The notes under the pieces were generated by a model. It was not told where the DNA came from. It saw only the letters and a list, made by a program, of their open reading frames with translations, and ran no database searches. A DNA stretch of 63,690 bases, counting the filler, from Dugesia japonica (Eukaryota): assembly GCA_001938525.1 (NCBI GenBank). It is 5 parts of 5 records of this genome, joined end to end, with 100 filler letters (N's around TTAATTAATTAA, not from the genome) between each part and the next. Parts side by side here need not be neighbours in the genome. Positions count along the whole stretch, not along the records: positions 1 to 17,337 come from MQRL01588469.1; positions 17,438 to 27,370 come from MQRL01465134.1; 3 more parts are not named here. One strand, 5' to 3'. A program made the translations under genes and the position numbers. Below, piece by piece: positions 13,068-24,227 of this stretch (within the stretch, counting starts at the first letter, position 1; each line of letters opens with the position of its first letter).

Positions 13068-13316
13068 ATGGAATCGGACTACGAGGAAGATCACTTTCAT
13101 GAGAAAAGTTTATTTTTTCTTTATTATTAATTAATATTAATTGAAATGTTTTTAGATATCTTAGCAACGGTTCTCTTTAAGCTGAAAAAAACTTTGAATG
13201 AAGATGAAACAGATGAGATCCTACTCAGATTCCATCGACAAATTAACATACATTTTGCATGTGAATGCCATACGTGTCGATACATTCTATTGAGAAAAGG
13301 TATTTTGCAAATTTAA
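13068..13316 (+). CDS. Putative two-exon orphan micro-gene (13068-13107 + 13156-13316), 66 aa, with a CxCHxC motif
   Basis: Removing a 48-nt GT-AG intron gives MESDYEEDHFHEKNILATVLFKL...HFACECHTCRYILLRKGILQI*. AATAAA at 13329. Confidence 0.45.
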
Positions 13317-14699
13317 TTGTTTTTTCTCAATAAATTTTAATGTTTCAATTTTGTTTGTCTTGGTATTTGTTATTTTTAAATAAATTTTTTAAGGTTAATT
13401 AAAATATAGTAATATCATTTATTAATAAAAACAAATAAAAGTTGTAATAATTAATTTTACTTAAATAATATATATTTAATGCAGTTCTTTAAATGCAACT
13501 AGTTTTCGACTTGCATGCAGTTAGAATGTAACTAAACAAAGAACTCTTTATTTGTTTTAATTTAGTATTATAAACTTATATATATATGTATATAGTAAAT
13601 TTAGTTTTAAAAAAATCCTGTGCATTTACTCTACACCAGAACTTCCAAATTTCGAAAACAATTATAATGAAATAGAGGATGATGATGTGACTATCATTAC
13701 GGATGAAGAAATGGAAGATTTAACTATGCAAGATAAAGACATGGAAAAAGAAGAATGGCGTCTTTGTTCCGACTAAGGAAATTTGTCAAAAAAGTATGAC
13801 TTATCGGTGGTAAAATAATTAGTAATGAGGAGAAAATTACACTAATACGAAAACAGGTGAAAAACGTAAATGTAGAAAGAAAGCAACATGGGTAAAATAG
13901 TGGTTGAAATCAAGTTATTAATTAGTAGAGTTATAATTATTAAAAAGAAAAATAAGAAAATGGTTAAGAAAAATATAATTAATTAATAAAGGAAAATTAA
14001 TTAATTTATCACAAAAAAAAGAATTAAAATTAGACAAAAATTAGTTTTCGCCGATTAACTCCACTCAGGAGAATCACAAGGACCTGTAGCAAGAAAATCT
14101 GAAAATAAATTGACAAGGTGTAATAGAATTTCGCAACCAAAAAATGTTATTATCATCAAGAGGGTTTCTAAATGGGTTGGAAGAATGAGCCAATAAGGGA
14201 CCAGAAAAGAAAAGTAAAACAAAGGCCAGAAAATCACATGTGACATAAAAATAGACACCAATAGAAGCTCTAAGAATCCTGGAAAAAATTTAAAAAATTG
14301 GCAACAGTACCAATGAAAAGCAAGAAATTCAAATTAAAAATAGTCAACCAACAGGAAAGTAGTCAGGTTGTATGGTAAAACGCTAAAAAACGGGTGAAAA
14401 TTTAGTCAAAAATCTAGCAAAAAAACTTAGGTTTTACTACAGTTCAAGTATTGTCGAACTACACTAAATTATAAAAAAGATCATTTACCACTTGTGAACA
14501 TATTACTCGAAATCATCCCTCATTAATTTTCAAGAAACTTGTTCGATTGTTGGAAATTAAGCAAAGTAAAACTAACATTGATTTGACCAAATTTAATCTT
14601 ATAAAAGAAAAGGAAATTAGAAAAGGAGTAGCTCATTTCAATCGCTGTGAATTTGTCTTCACTCAATTTGTTCTTCTCTGGTAACGTTATGTTTATTTG

Positions 14700-15345
14700 T
14701 ATTGATCACGCAAGGTATATTATTATTACTGGTAACAGGATAACATTATTTTACAGACTTTGTGTTGATTTTAGTGCTAACACCATTTTTGTTACTACGC
14801 TATTATTACAATGAATGCTATATTTATTAGAATTAAATTATTATTAGTAATTAAAGTGTTACTAGTACTTAATGATTTGGTTATTATGGGTATTATTATG
14901 AACCTAGTCACTATTATTAATATTACAAAATTATTATTATTAGGATTAGGAAGGTTGTTATTACTAGAATTGGTGATATTCTTATTATGGTTATTATTAT
15001 TGTCCTGGATGTTATCATTGAAATTGTTATGATTAGTCAAAGTTTTATTCATACTAAAGTTCTTGAGATTATTAGAACCGTCACTGGTGTTATCAACAGG
15101 GTTTTGCCATTAATGTCCATATGCATAAGGCATTATGGTGCTTACTATCCGTATCATTACTAATATGATTAACGTTATCATTATCAGTACTCTTACTAAC
15201 ACTAGTATCGTTTTTTATCATCACTAGTGATATGAATATGCTGACTATCAATATTGGTACTGATTTGTCACTAATATGGTTAGATTTATTATCGTTGCAA
15301 ACACTGGTTATCATAATTTGGTACTCCTTTTTCCGGTATTGCATT
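14700..15345 (-). repeat. Asn/Asp-rich low-complexity coding-like tract
   Basis: AAT/AAC/GAT-rich minus strand with N-rich ORFs at 14795-15052 and 15093-15344. Confidence 0.5.
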
Positions 15346-15801
15346 CAAGGGACTGATACCACCCTTAAAGTAGATTCTTTTTTTACTTTGGGACTGGATC
15401 CCAAGAATTTTTTCATTATATGGTAAATTAATGATAAATATTAATTTAGGTTGCCTATGTCCAACATTTTGATAAACACCTTAAAATTGATTCGGAAAGA
15501 GAGAGGTAAGATCAGCAGAAAACAACTCTTAGCCCATATCCTTTCATCCGGTAAAATCGATCATCCCGACGAAACGGACCTATAGTGTTTTGTCAAGCTG
15601 TTTTCATTAAATTTTAATGTGGACATAGATGAGAAAACATAATTATTTATCTCTGGCAATTCCTATGTTTCCTAAAAATAAAATTTTAATTACCTTGTTC
15701 AATATTTGCTTGCATTTTAAANTTTCGTATTTAAACCCCTCTTATAATATATTAATTTTAATTGCATAATTATCATTATTAGAAGTCAAAATAACATTGA
15801 A

Positions 15802-16215
15802 ATGGTGTATAAATGGGAAGTTTTACTGGATCGTACCACAAGTCGAACTGTGTTCAAAAGATACAGGAACCCCCACAATAGAGATGCTGGTGTCCTGGTG
15901 GACCAGGCAAATTTACCCGCTGAAGAAGCATATGACAAACGTGAATGGGACACGAACGAGCGTCAGGCGTATTATAGCTGGAATGGTCCGGATCGGAAGC
16001 GCTCAGTCACAACCACCCAGATAAGCACCAGTGGGGAGCCACAGGTTACCCGTGAATGGCACGAAGGACCTTCAATTGTGGGTATCATTACAAGTCATCT
16101 CCCTCCGTTATACAATCTAACTGCGTTTGAACATGATAATTTGTGGAATATATGTAATTCAGTCGAGAACGCTAACTCTGAGAACTCAGATCCCACTAAC
16201 GAAACTTCTTTATAA
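15802..16215 (+). CDS. Orphan 137-aa protein, probable viral accessory gene
   Basis: Open ATG-to-stop ORF, GC-richer than background, Trp-rich, with AATAAA at about 16244. Confidence 0.55.
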   Translation: MVYKWEVLLDRTTSRTVFKRYRNPHNRDAGVLVDQANLPAEEAYDKREWDTNERQAYYSWNGPDRKRSVTTTQISTSGEPQVTREWHEGPSIVGIITSHLPPLYNLTAFEHDNLWNICNSVENANSENSDPTNETSL

Positions 16216-16407
16216 ATAATTGTTATTCTTTGTGTCGATGGATAATAAAGTATTAGCTCCGTATCTTTTACTAATGTTCACCGTGAATTATAATAAGGAT
16301 TAATAGTCTTTGTTGTTGCTGTTTCAAACTTAAAATTGTTCTATCATTACTGATTAACGTTCTTATCATTACAGTGCATTCCTCTCTGAACCCCTCAACC
16401 GCACCCA

Positions 16408-16760
16408 TGAAAAAGATACGCGAATCAAGTGAGGAACAAGAGATTACATGGGATCTGTATCGCCTCGCATAACGTCGCTGGGAGGCTGACACGGCAAATG
16501 CGGAAAGTAAAGTGTGTCGCTATAAGAAGAAGTGTTTCGCATTTAAGAAGGAAGCAGAGGCCTCTCATGTCCAAGAGAGACTCTGGAAGGATCAAATCAA
16601 TACCTTCGCAGAAATCATCCGGTCTCCATGACCAAGAAAATAAACTAGTGAGCGATATCCTCCTGATGAAGAAATCCATGCGCCTTGAGCCACTTATGAT
16701 AGACAAGAGTACCCAAGCATTGCGGCCTTGATGTCCTCATTTTTTTAAATTATAAATAAA
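16408..16760 (+). pseudogene. Orphan ORF remnant, probable viral accessory gene
   Basis: MKKIRESSEEQEITWDLYRLA*RRWEADTANAESKVCRYKKKC... followed by AATAAA at about 16755. Confidence 0.35.
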
Positions 16761-16931
16761 AAAACATATTGAAATAAGCTGATTTGTTCTTCTCGCATTT
16801 TTTCTTAATACCACTGATTAATTAAATTTTAACAGTAATCAAATCACTTTCTATCTTAATCGTTATTATTTGTTTAGTGCCTTGCATACAACTACCCAAA
16901 AGCTTACGACGCTGTCATAGATTGATTAATT

Positions 16932-17216
16932 AAGCATCAAAATGAGCGGGCCTTACTTCGACATTTGACTCAACGTAATCGCTTAATAAAGAAACTCGAC
17001 CTTATCTTCAAAAAACAAGGCGAGTTGGCGGAACAGTCAAAGTAAATATTACAACATAAAATTGAATTTTTGCAGCGCTACATAGCGGATTTGTCGAGAC
17101 AACTAGGAAACGAGACGTGGATTCGTTGGAATGACAACGACGATGAAGTGGCCTTCAACATTTTAGACGAGGAGCTTACCCAGTGGTTAGACCCAGGTGC
17201 CCTCGAATTTATGTAA
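16932..17216 (+). pseudogene. Orphan ORF remnant, probable viral accessory gene
   Basis: ...NERALLRHLTQRNRLIKKLDL...SK*ILQHKIEFLQRYIADL...WLDPGALEFM* with one internal stop, then AATAAA at about 17226. Confidence 0.4.
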
Positions 17217-17973
17217 ATTATTCTAAATAAATACTTGTAATAGTGAATTCTCAATTGATTTATTAATTACAAATAAGGGAAAATAATGAACCCAAACGAA
17301 AGGTATGCGTGAGTGCACCTCAAATAAATGTTGGAGGNNNNNNNNNNNNNNNNNNNNNNNNNNNNNNNNNNNNNNNNNNNNTTAATTAATTAANNNNNNN
17401 NNNNNNNNNNNNNNNNNNNNNNNNNNNNNNNNNNNNNAAATCCCAGAGATTTGGCTAACTATTAGCCGGGGCCGCAATAAACGACCATCCTTCTTCGTTC
17501 AACGATTTCTCCTTGTCCGCTAGTACTATTCTTCTTGACATATGTATATAATGAGGGCTATTCATAATAGTCAATTTAATTCGGCTTGAAAAGTCATGAA
17601 ATGGTCGATCGAAGTTGTATTATAGTTCCATCAATAAGGAACAAGACAACTGCATAAACTTGGGCCAAATACGATTAAATCACCAAGCTAATTATCGGAA
17701 AACGAAAGTAGCATTATAAAATTATCTAGGAAATATAAAGAAGAACTATTCGTCACAATCACACCAGCTGTTGTTTATTTATTTAAATCGTTATTAAATC
17801 TAGAATATCATGTAAGTTATTAAACATTATTCGATTTCAAAGATACACAACTCTGTGACTGTGACGACTAGTTCGTCTTCATTGAATTATCATGAGGGTC
17901 GACAATTCACTGCTTAACAGTTATCTATCATGAGGTAAGTAAAACATTCAATCTTAAATTTACTCAAATAACA

Positions 17974-18079
17974 ATCAAGCCTAATATCATACGAAAAGAC
18001 AATGCAATGAAATCAATTGAAGATATTGATCTTCAATTGATTTCATTGCATTGTCTTTTCGTATGATATTAGGCTTGAT
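17974..18079. repeat. Perfect 51-bp inverted repeat with a 4-nt loop
   Basis: 17974-18024 is the exact reverse complement of 18029-18079; loop is ATTG. Confidence 0.95.
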
Positions 18080-18405
18080 CAAAGTTATGAAATAATCAAA
18101 CTAAAATTATAAGTTAGCCTAGATAATCAACCAAAAATATAATGGATTAATTAAATTAAAATTATAAGAATAGAATTAAACTAAATAAATAATAAATGAC
18201 ATTATACGATATGCTCATGAAATAAATAAACTAAGGTTATCAGCTAAATTTATAAAATATAAACTAAATTTAAGAATTTAATGAATTAACAATTGCAATT
18301 ATTGCGAGAATAATTGTTGGACATAACCATTGATAGTTTTTCACAAATCATTTAAAATAAAAGCTTCGATCAAAAAAAATTTTTTATATTTTTTTTTAGA
18401 GATTG

Positions 18406-18438
18406 ATTCGATATTTCGAGTTTGTCTTCGTCAGGAAT
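18406..18438 (-). ncRNA. Minimal type I hammerhead ribozyme motif
   Basis: Minus strand reads AUUC-CUGACGA-A-GAC-AAA-CUC-GAAA-UA-UC-GAAU: intact core, stem I AUUC/GAAU, short stem II with one mismatch, loopless palindromic stem III (AUAU), cleavage triplet AUC. Confidence 0.65.
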
Positions 18439-18466
18439 TGACTCTTTGACTAAATTGACTAAAAAG

Positions 18467-18815
18467 TAGGGTCTACCGATATGCATTTTGCCGATACCGA
18501 TATGAGTATTTGTTAGGACAAAAACCAGTTGTCATATTTGATGACTTTCCAGAATTGCATCCAGATTCTAAGCATCCTAAAAAGCATTCTAATCCTGATG
18601 CTAATACTAGATTCTATATTTCGCATCGGAATCCACGAATTTGAGGCAACAATAAATTCTCTAATATTAGTGTAGTTGGGTATACACCTTATTTTTTTGT
18701 CAAAGTGTTACTTATTATGAAATAGCTGTGACGTCAATATCGGGACCTATACATACTACCAATACCGATATTTCCAAAACCCTGATATCGGTGCCGATAT
18801 ATCGGTAGACCCCTA
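18467..18815. mobile_element. Non-autonomous hAT element (MITE)
   Basis: TIR TAGGGTCTACCGAT / ATCGGTAGACCCCTA, perfect 8-bp TSD CTAAAAAG, CCGATA subterminal repeats. Confidence 0.9.
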
Positions 18816-19577
18816 CTAAAAAGTCAATTCCTGACGAAGAAAAAGTCGAACTATTGAATCTATCTCTAAAAAGAATTATAAAAAAAACTTTTTGATCGAA
18901 GCTTTTATTTTAAATGAATTTTAATGAATTAAAATTATAAAATAGTCAAAAAGAATTAATATTTTTAATACACAGATATAATTGTGTTCATAGATTTGTT
19001 AAAAATTTCATTATGCAGAGAAGATATGAAGAGACTCAACCACCACCATCTATGAGTTTAATATCAATTAGATAACTTCTTTCATTCATTTCTAATAGTA
19101 TTCTCGTTTCATGCTATTTGCTTTCAAACTATTTACTTTTGATAAGGTTCACCTTATGGTGCTCACTTTAAATATAAAGTGTAATGATTAGGCTGATTTA
19201 CTCTTCACAATAGCTCTTCTCAATACTCATTCTCATTTCTCGTCACCATTTGTATTCAATATCACAATATTCACTTTACTCCCCTGTCATAATTCACGTT
19301 TAATATTTCTTAAACCACTTCCAGCTTCTGTCATGATTTATACCTCCTTTTTTCACTTCAATCTCCTGTTTTTAGTTACTTTCATACTTCTTCATTCACT
19401 TCAAACTACTGTCATAATTTATCGATATTCTTACAATAATAACAATTTTACCTTTTATTTTTACATGAATTTCAATTTAATGAATTATAAATTACATAAT
19501 TGTTTTTGTTTTATTTATCTATTTTTTTACACACTGTCCTTTTATTATATCAATACTATTATTAACATAAATAATTA

Positions 19578-20480
19578 CTACCTCTGTCCATAAAAAATGG
19601 ATTTGTAGATTCAAGGTAAATAAGAATGAAAATTTATATTTTACTAATGCACACATGATACGATGAAATCAGTTATCCTTAATATCAACAGCTCCTCCAT
19701 TAGCAATAATTTGGTTTATGATACATAGTGCTGAAATGAGAAGTTAGTGTTTCTTCTTTAGTAAACCAGAATTCAGCTTGTAGTGTGGTCCACAACACAT
19801 TTGTGCAACACAACAGTGCATCCTCTTAGAAATTGCAGGCATGACTTCATCATGTATCAAATTCTTAGAGTTTATTGTGTAATCAACTTTTTACAAATCA
19901 CCTTTTTTGTAATTCCTTGACGATCGCTTGGCTCTGTAGTGTGCCTGAGTTCTGATTTTGGTTTCGCAACAGCAGTTAATATCATTATTTTTGGTACATT
20001 AGATTTGCTTATTACGGAACAGTTTTCTCTGGGACTATTCGGACGATATCTTTTGCAAATGAATGGTTTTAACTCGAACCATTTCTCATAAATATCCAAA
20101 TATGTGTCCCATGCATTATGGCAATGTTATCGGCACCACAAGTCTCAAATGTTCATTTTCATAACATTTATAACACTAACAATTTATAACACTATTCGAA
20201 ATATTGACCTCCTTTGAAATGTTGTGAATGCGGCTGGAGCGGCGCTGACAAATGGTTTTGGATACTTCTATCCGTCGCTATTCATAATTATTGATTTGAG
20301 ATCTTCCAGAGCCTTTCGTCCGATCCAATGGACAACGTTCACAAAATATATCACGCTAATTTTTTGCATAATTTTTATTGACATCAAAAACATTACATAA
20401 TTCGTCGACCGTCCCGTAGTCTGGTTTTATCTTTTTTGCAATAAAAGCAGTATTTTCTTTTTGCCTGAAAGGGTATCCAT
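19578..20480 (-). mobile_element. Decayed mariner of the DD39D (plant mariner/Stowaway-type) group
   Basis: DIYEKWF and SKSNVPKIMILTAVAKP (compare HIDEKWF, KVMFLxAVARP). Terminal TA+CTACCTCTGTCC resembles a Stowaway-type TIR. Confidence 0.65.
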
Positions 20481-20559
20481 TAAAAAGTTGAAAATTTTTC
20501 ATAAAAATATACAAAATAACTCATTAAAAGAAAATTGATATTGATTAAAATTAATAATA

Positions 20560-20820
20560 ATTTAGATTTGAAAAATTGTTATATTCATTGAATCTTTCAT
20601 TTCTTTAAAGGCTTTTGATTCAAAAATCTTATCTCAATTTACATATATCTCCTTTGGAGCACTAAATCGCAGGATTCATTTTTTCATAATCGTTTTCTTC
20701 ATTGATTCCTCAGCTTGTTAAACTAGTGTAGTTATGTATCTACTAAATTTATCTATTATGGCACATGTATATCTTTTCCTGCATAAGGTTTCTTGGCATG
20801 GTCCACAAAAAATATCTATA
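20560..20820 (-). mobile_element. Gypsy integrase fragment
   Basis: DIFCGP...YTCAIIDKFSRY and LRFSAPK. Confidence 0.65.
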
Positions 20821-21999
20821 TAAAAATTTAAAAATGCTCAAAATTTTTCTAAAGTAATTTTTACGCTCAGATTTCAAAAATTTGTATACAAAACTGCCGA
20901 AAATCTGAAAGGATTATTTTTGGTTTTTTCAATATTTTACATTGAATTTTTCAAAAAATCTTTTTTATTTCTCAAATTTGAACATCAACCCGTCTATTCG
21001 ATGTAGAAATTTTGCTGATCACGAATATCATTATCTAAAATTGCCAAAATTTATTATTGGCAAAATTCAATGATAAACAAACAAGTACATGAGTTAACGT
21101 GCGTACGCAGTGTAGGAACATAAGGTATGTATAAAATGTCCCCGCCAATATTAACATTAATATTAGAAATTCCCCCGGTTAATATTAAGATTTATCTTCA
21201 TCTTTTACAAATACCATGACAATGAATGCAGTGATTGCGAAGAAACAAAAACCAATTTAAAAAGAAAATTTCTGGATGCTATTTATTGCGATAGTATTAA
21301 TTAAAGACATAGATTGTAATTTAGTTGTAAATTCACTGTATTGATGTTTAATGAAATTTTTAACTTGACTTGTTGACTTAATTTTTATTAATATTTGTTG
21401 TCGTTAAATAATAACATGAAAATAAATAACATGAAAATTAATTACATTAATAATTAAATTATATAAATTATCGAAATAACTAAATATAGGGTAATGGATT
21501 TAATTACGTTAACAAACAGAAAAATTCCTCAACCAGCTTATCACGCTTAATTTTTACATAAGGATAATGATCAATATGAATCGTTCCGGAGAATATTAGC
21601 ATTAGGTGCTCCCGAACTATATTAATAATTTAAAAATATGGAAATTAATTAATAAATCCTTTGTTTATCCGCATCCATTTGAAACANNNNNNNNNNNNNN
21701 NNNNNNNNNNNGACAGCATAACTGTCATCTTCGGATACAATACTTTAATTCTTTTTTGAAAAAAACTTTAAATTTTGTGTGTTTTCAAAAAAGTTGCAAT
21801 TCAGGTGCAGTATGTAAGCAACAAGAATGCAAGTATAACAAAGAAATGCAAAAAAAAGTTAATTTAAAATAAAAAATAAATGTAAAAAGAAAAAAACTAA
21901 AATAAAATAAAAAACAAAATTTAAAAAAAAATTTAAAAATATTTAACAAATTAAAATACATCAAGATAGAACAAAATTAACTTTTAAACTAATATTTAT

Positions 22000-23187
22000 T
22001 TCAAATGTAATCTTGTTTTCTATACGTTTGATTGTATTTTCTGGAACTTATGAGTTAAATTACTAAACAATAGAAATTAATAAATTTCAATTAACAAATA
22101 AAATCATAACCTTAATTCATGATCATTATGGATCGAAATACTATAATGCACATATGGTAGAGTTTTATTATTTTCTACCCATAATCTTTTGTCATCTGTG
22201 TTAGTTAGTGCTGTTTTAGGTCCCTTAAAACTAAACAATTAATATAATAAATAATTAATTAAATTATTCTACTGCAATTCTTATTTTTTTATTACCATGT
22301 TTAAGTACAAGCACAATTTTCATCTGCAGTAACAATTTTGTTCAACCATCTTAGGTAATATCGGGCGTGAATTAGCATTGACACAGGCGCACAAACGATC
22401 ATTATCAATAAATTATGGTCAACCATTTCTTGGATGATTTTGACGGTTTAATTGGCGACTATAAAATGTTAAATTGTAGGCTGTGCTACAAAAAATGTTG
22501 GATTTTTAAAATGCTTGATTGAAAGTAATTAATCGATAATCAGCGTTCACATGTTGAGCGTCGTGTTGTCAAATCTATCGACAATTAGGATTGAGAATAG
22601 CAGTTCTGTTTTTTCCATAAAAGGACATTACAGCATAATAAATTATAGAGGGTTGTAAATTATCATATTTAATCAATAGATTTTCAATAGACATATCAGT
22701 TTTCGCAGTTACCTCACGAAAAAAATTTGTTATTTTGAGAAATGAAAACTGGTCGTTCAAAAACCATAATTTTTCAAGCATCTATTTACCAAAAAACTAT
22801 CAGCCAGTAAAATAGACTTATTCGTGCACATTATTTGATGTTATGGAGTGGTAAAATTACTTGTTATTCTTCGACAGCATTTCAGTTTACTAAAAATTTC
22901 AGGATATTAAAAACAGATGTTTTTTTAATATTTTTTTTTTCATATATTTTCATTTTCTGTTGGCTTAAGTACTCCCTCTCAATACCTCTTACACCAACAG
23001 ATGATAAAGCTAAAGCCTTTAAATTTTCAAGTTTTTCATCAGAAATTGGTTTTTGGTATTTTGTTCCTATTTTGGGGGGTCTTGTTAATGGATCTCTTTC
23101 AAACCATGCAACAAGATCATCAATTTGATGTTTAGGTAAATCTTCAATTGATAATTTATTTTCAAAATCACAACTATTTTTAGACAT
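22000..23187 (-). pseudogene. Disrupted orphan gene with two apparent short 3' introns
   Basis: ORF pieces 22882-23187 and 22575-22781 continue through stops and frameshifts. Candidate GT-AG introns at 22231-22272 and 22063-22110. Confidence 0.35.
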
Positions 23188-23319
23188 AATTTATTTCTAT
23201 TCACACAGCTATCTCACTCATATTCTCATATTATAATAGAACCATAATAATATTAATATACAATTAAATCGTTTTCTTTTGGCTAAAATTATTTATTAAC
23301 AAAAATTTCCTTATATACC

Positions 23320-23960
23320 ACTCCTTAAGAAAATTCCTAAGTTTTTCCACATTTCTTTCCAAATCGCTGTCCATTTACTCCTCGTTTCCCATAACGTCTT
23401 TCGTGAATTTTCTAAATTATTCGATAAGGACCTTCAAATTTGTCTTAGCTTTTATTTCTTGTTTCTACCTTGATGAGTACAAAATCTCCCAATTTGAATT
23501 CTCTTTTAATAATCACTTCTAAAATTTTTTCCTTATTTCTCTTTGAAACGTCTGACTCGTACCACTTTTCTCTGCTAATTTTCTTTCCAAAAACGATCTC
23601 AGCTGGGCTCTTTCCAGTCGTCTTCTGCTTTGTTGCATACATCGTAAATTCTATTTCAGGTAAAATATCTGCTCAATTTGTCGTCTTTATCTCTTGAAGT
23701 GTCGCATTTATTAAATCTCGAATTGTCCTGAACTGTCTCTCAATTTTTCCGTTTACATTGTGATGATAGGGACTCGAAAAGCAAAGTTTAATATTTAGCT
23801 TCTGTGCAAACTCTCTTATAAATCTAGTCTTATCTCTAGGACATCCAAATCTTAATACCCACTTCTCAAAAACAACTTTTCGTATTGTTTCCTCATCTTG
23901 TCTAGACAATGCTATAAGAACTAGATATTTACTGTATTTATATATACCAAATTATTAAAT
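23320..23960 (-). mobile_element. Gypsy integrase remnant
   Basis: WVLRFGCP, FSSPYHHNVNGKIERQFRT, TTGKSPAEIVFG, FKLGDFVLIK. Confidence 0.88.
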
Positions 23961-24227
23961 TAAAAAATTCTCAAGGTGTGCATCATTTATGAATTACTCT
24001 TGCATTCATATTTATTCCTTTTTAGTTGTTCTATTATAGTTTATTTTTATTTAACATATGTTTCATGAACTAAACTTAAATCGACACTGTTCTATCACTT
24101 ATACAAGCAATTAAGTCGTTGTTGAGGGTGTCTATATGATCCTGCAACACATCATGAACTTTTGTTTCATTCATGACCAATTGTGATTCACAAGAATGTC
24201 TTGACCAACTTCTAAGTTTATTTCATT

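Larger units (their letters stand above)
8170..17337. mobile_element. Decayed, partial Polinton/Maverick (adintovirus-like) endogenous element; boundaries approximate
   Basis: Co-oriented, tightly packed ATPase, basic ORF, GGF protein, rve integrase and minor capsid on the minus strand, flanked by small GC-richer ORFs. No pPolB, major capsid, protease or TIRs seen in this span. Confidence 0.8.
18346..18920. repeat. Head-to-head inverted pair of hammerhead-bearing repeats, interrupted by a hAT MITE
   Basis: About 100-bp arms (18346-18445 and 18821-18920), each with a CTGACGA...GAA core. Confidence 0.8.

Noticed and set aside
14811-15032. Very hydrophobic plus-strand ORF suggesting a membrane protein
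   Set aside because: It is the antisense reading of an AAT-rich low-complexity tract.
15480-15530. Minus-strand SADLTSLFP resembling PolB motif A or a Penelope RT motif
   Set aside because: No other polymerase motifs lie at suitable spacing and the flanks run into an Asn-rich tract; probably chance.
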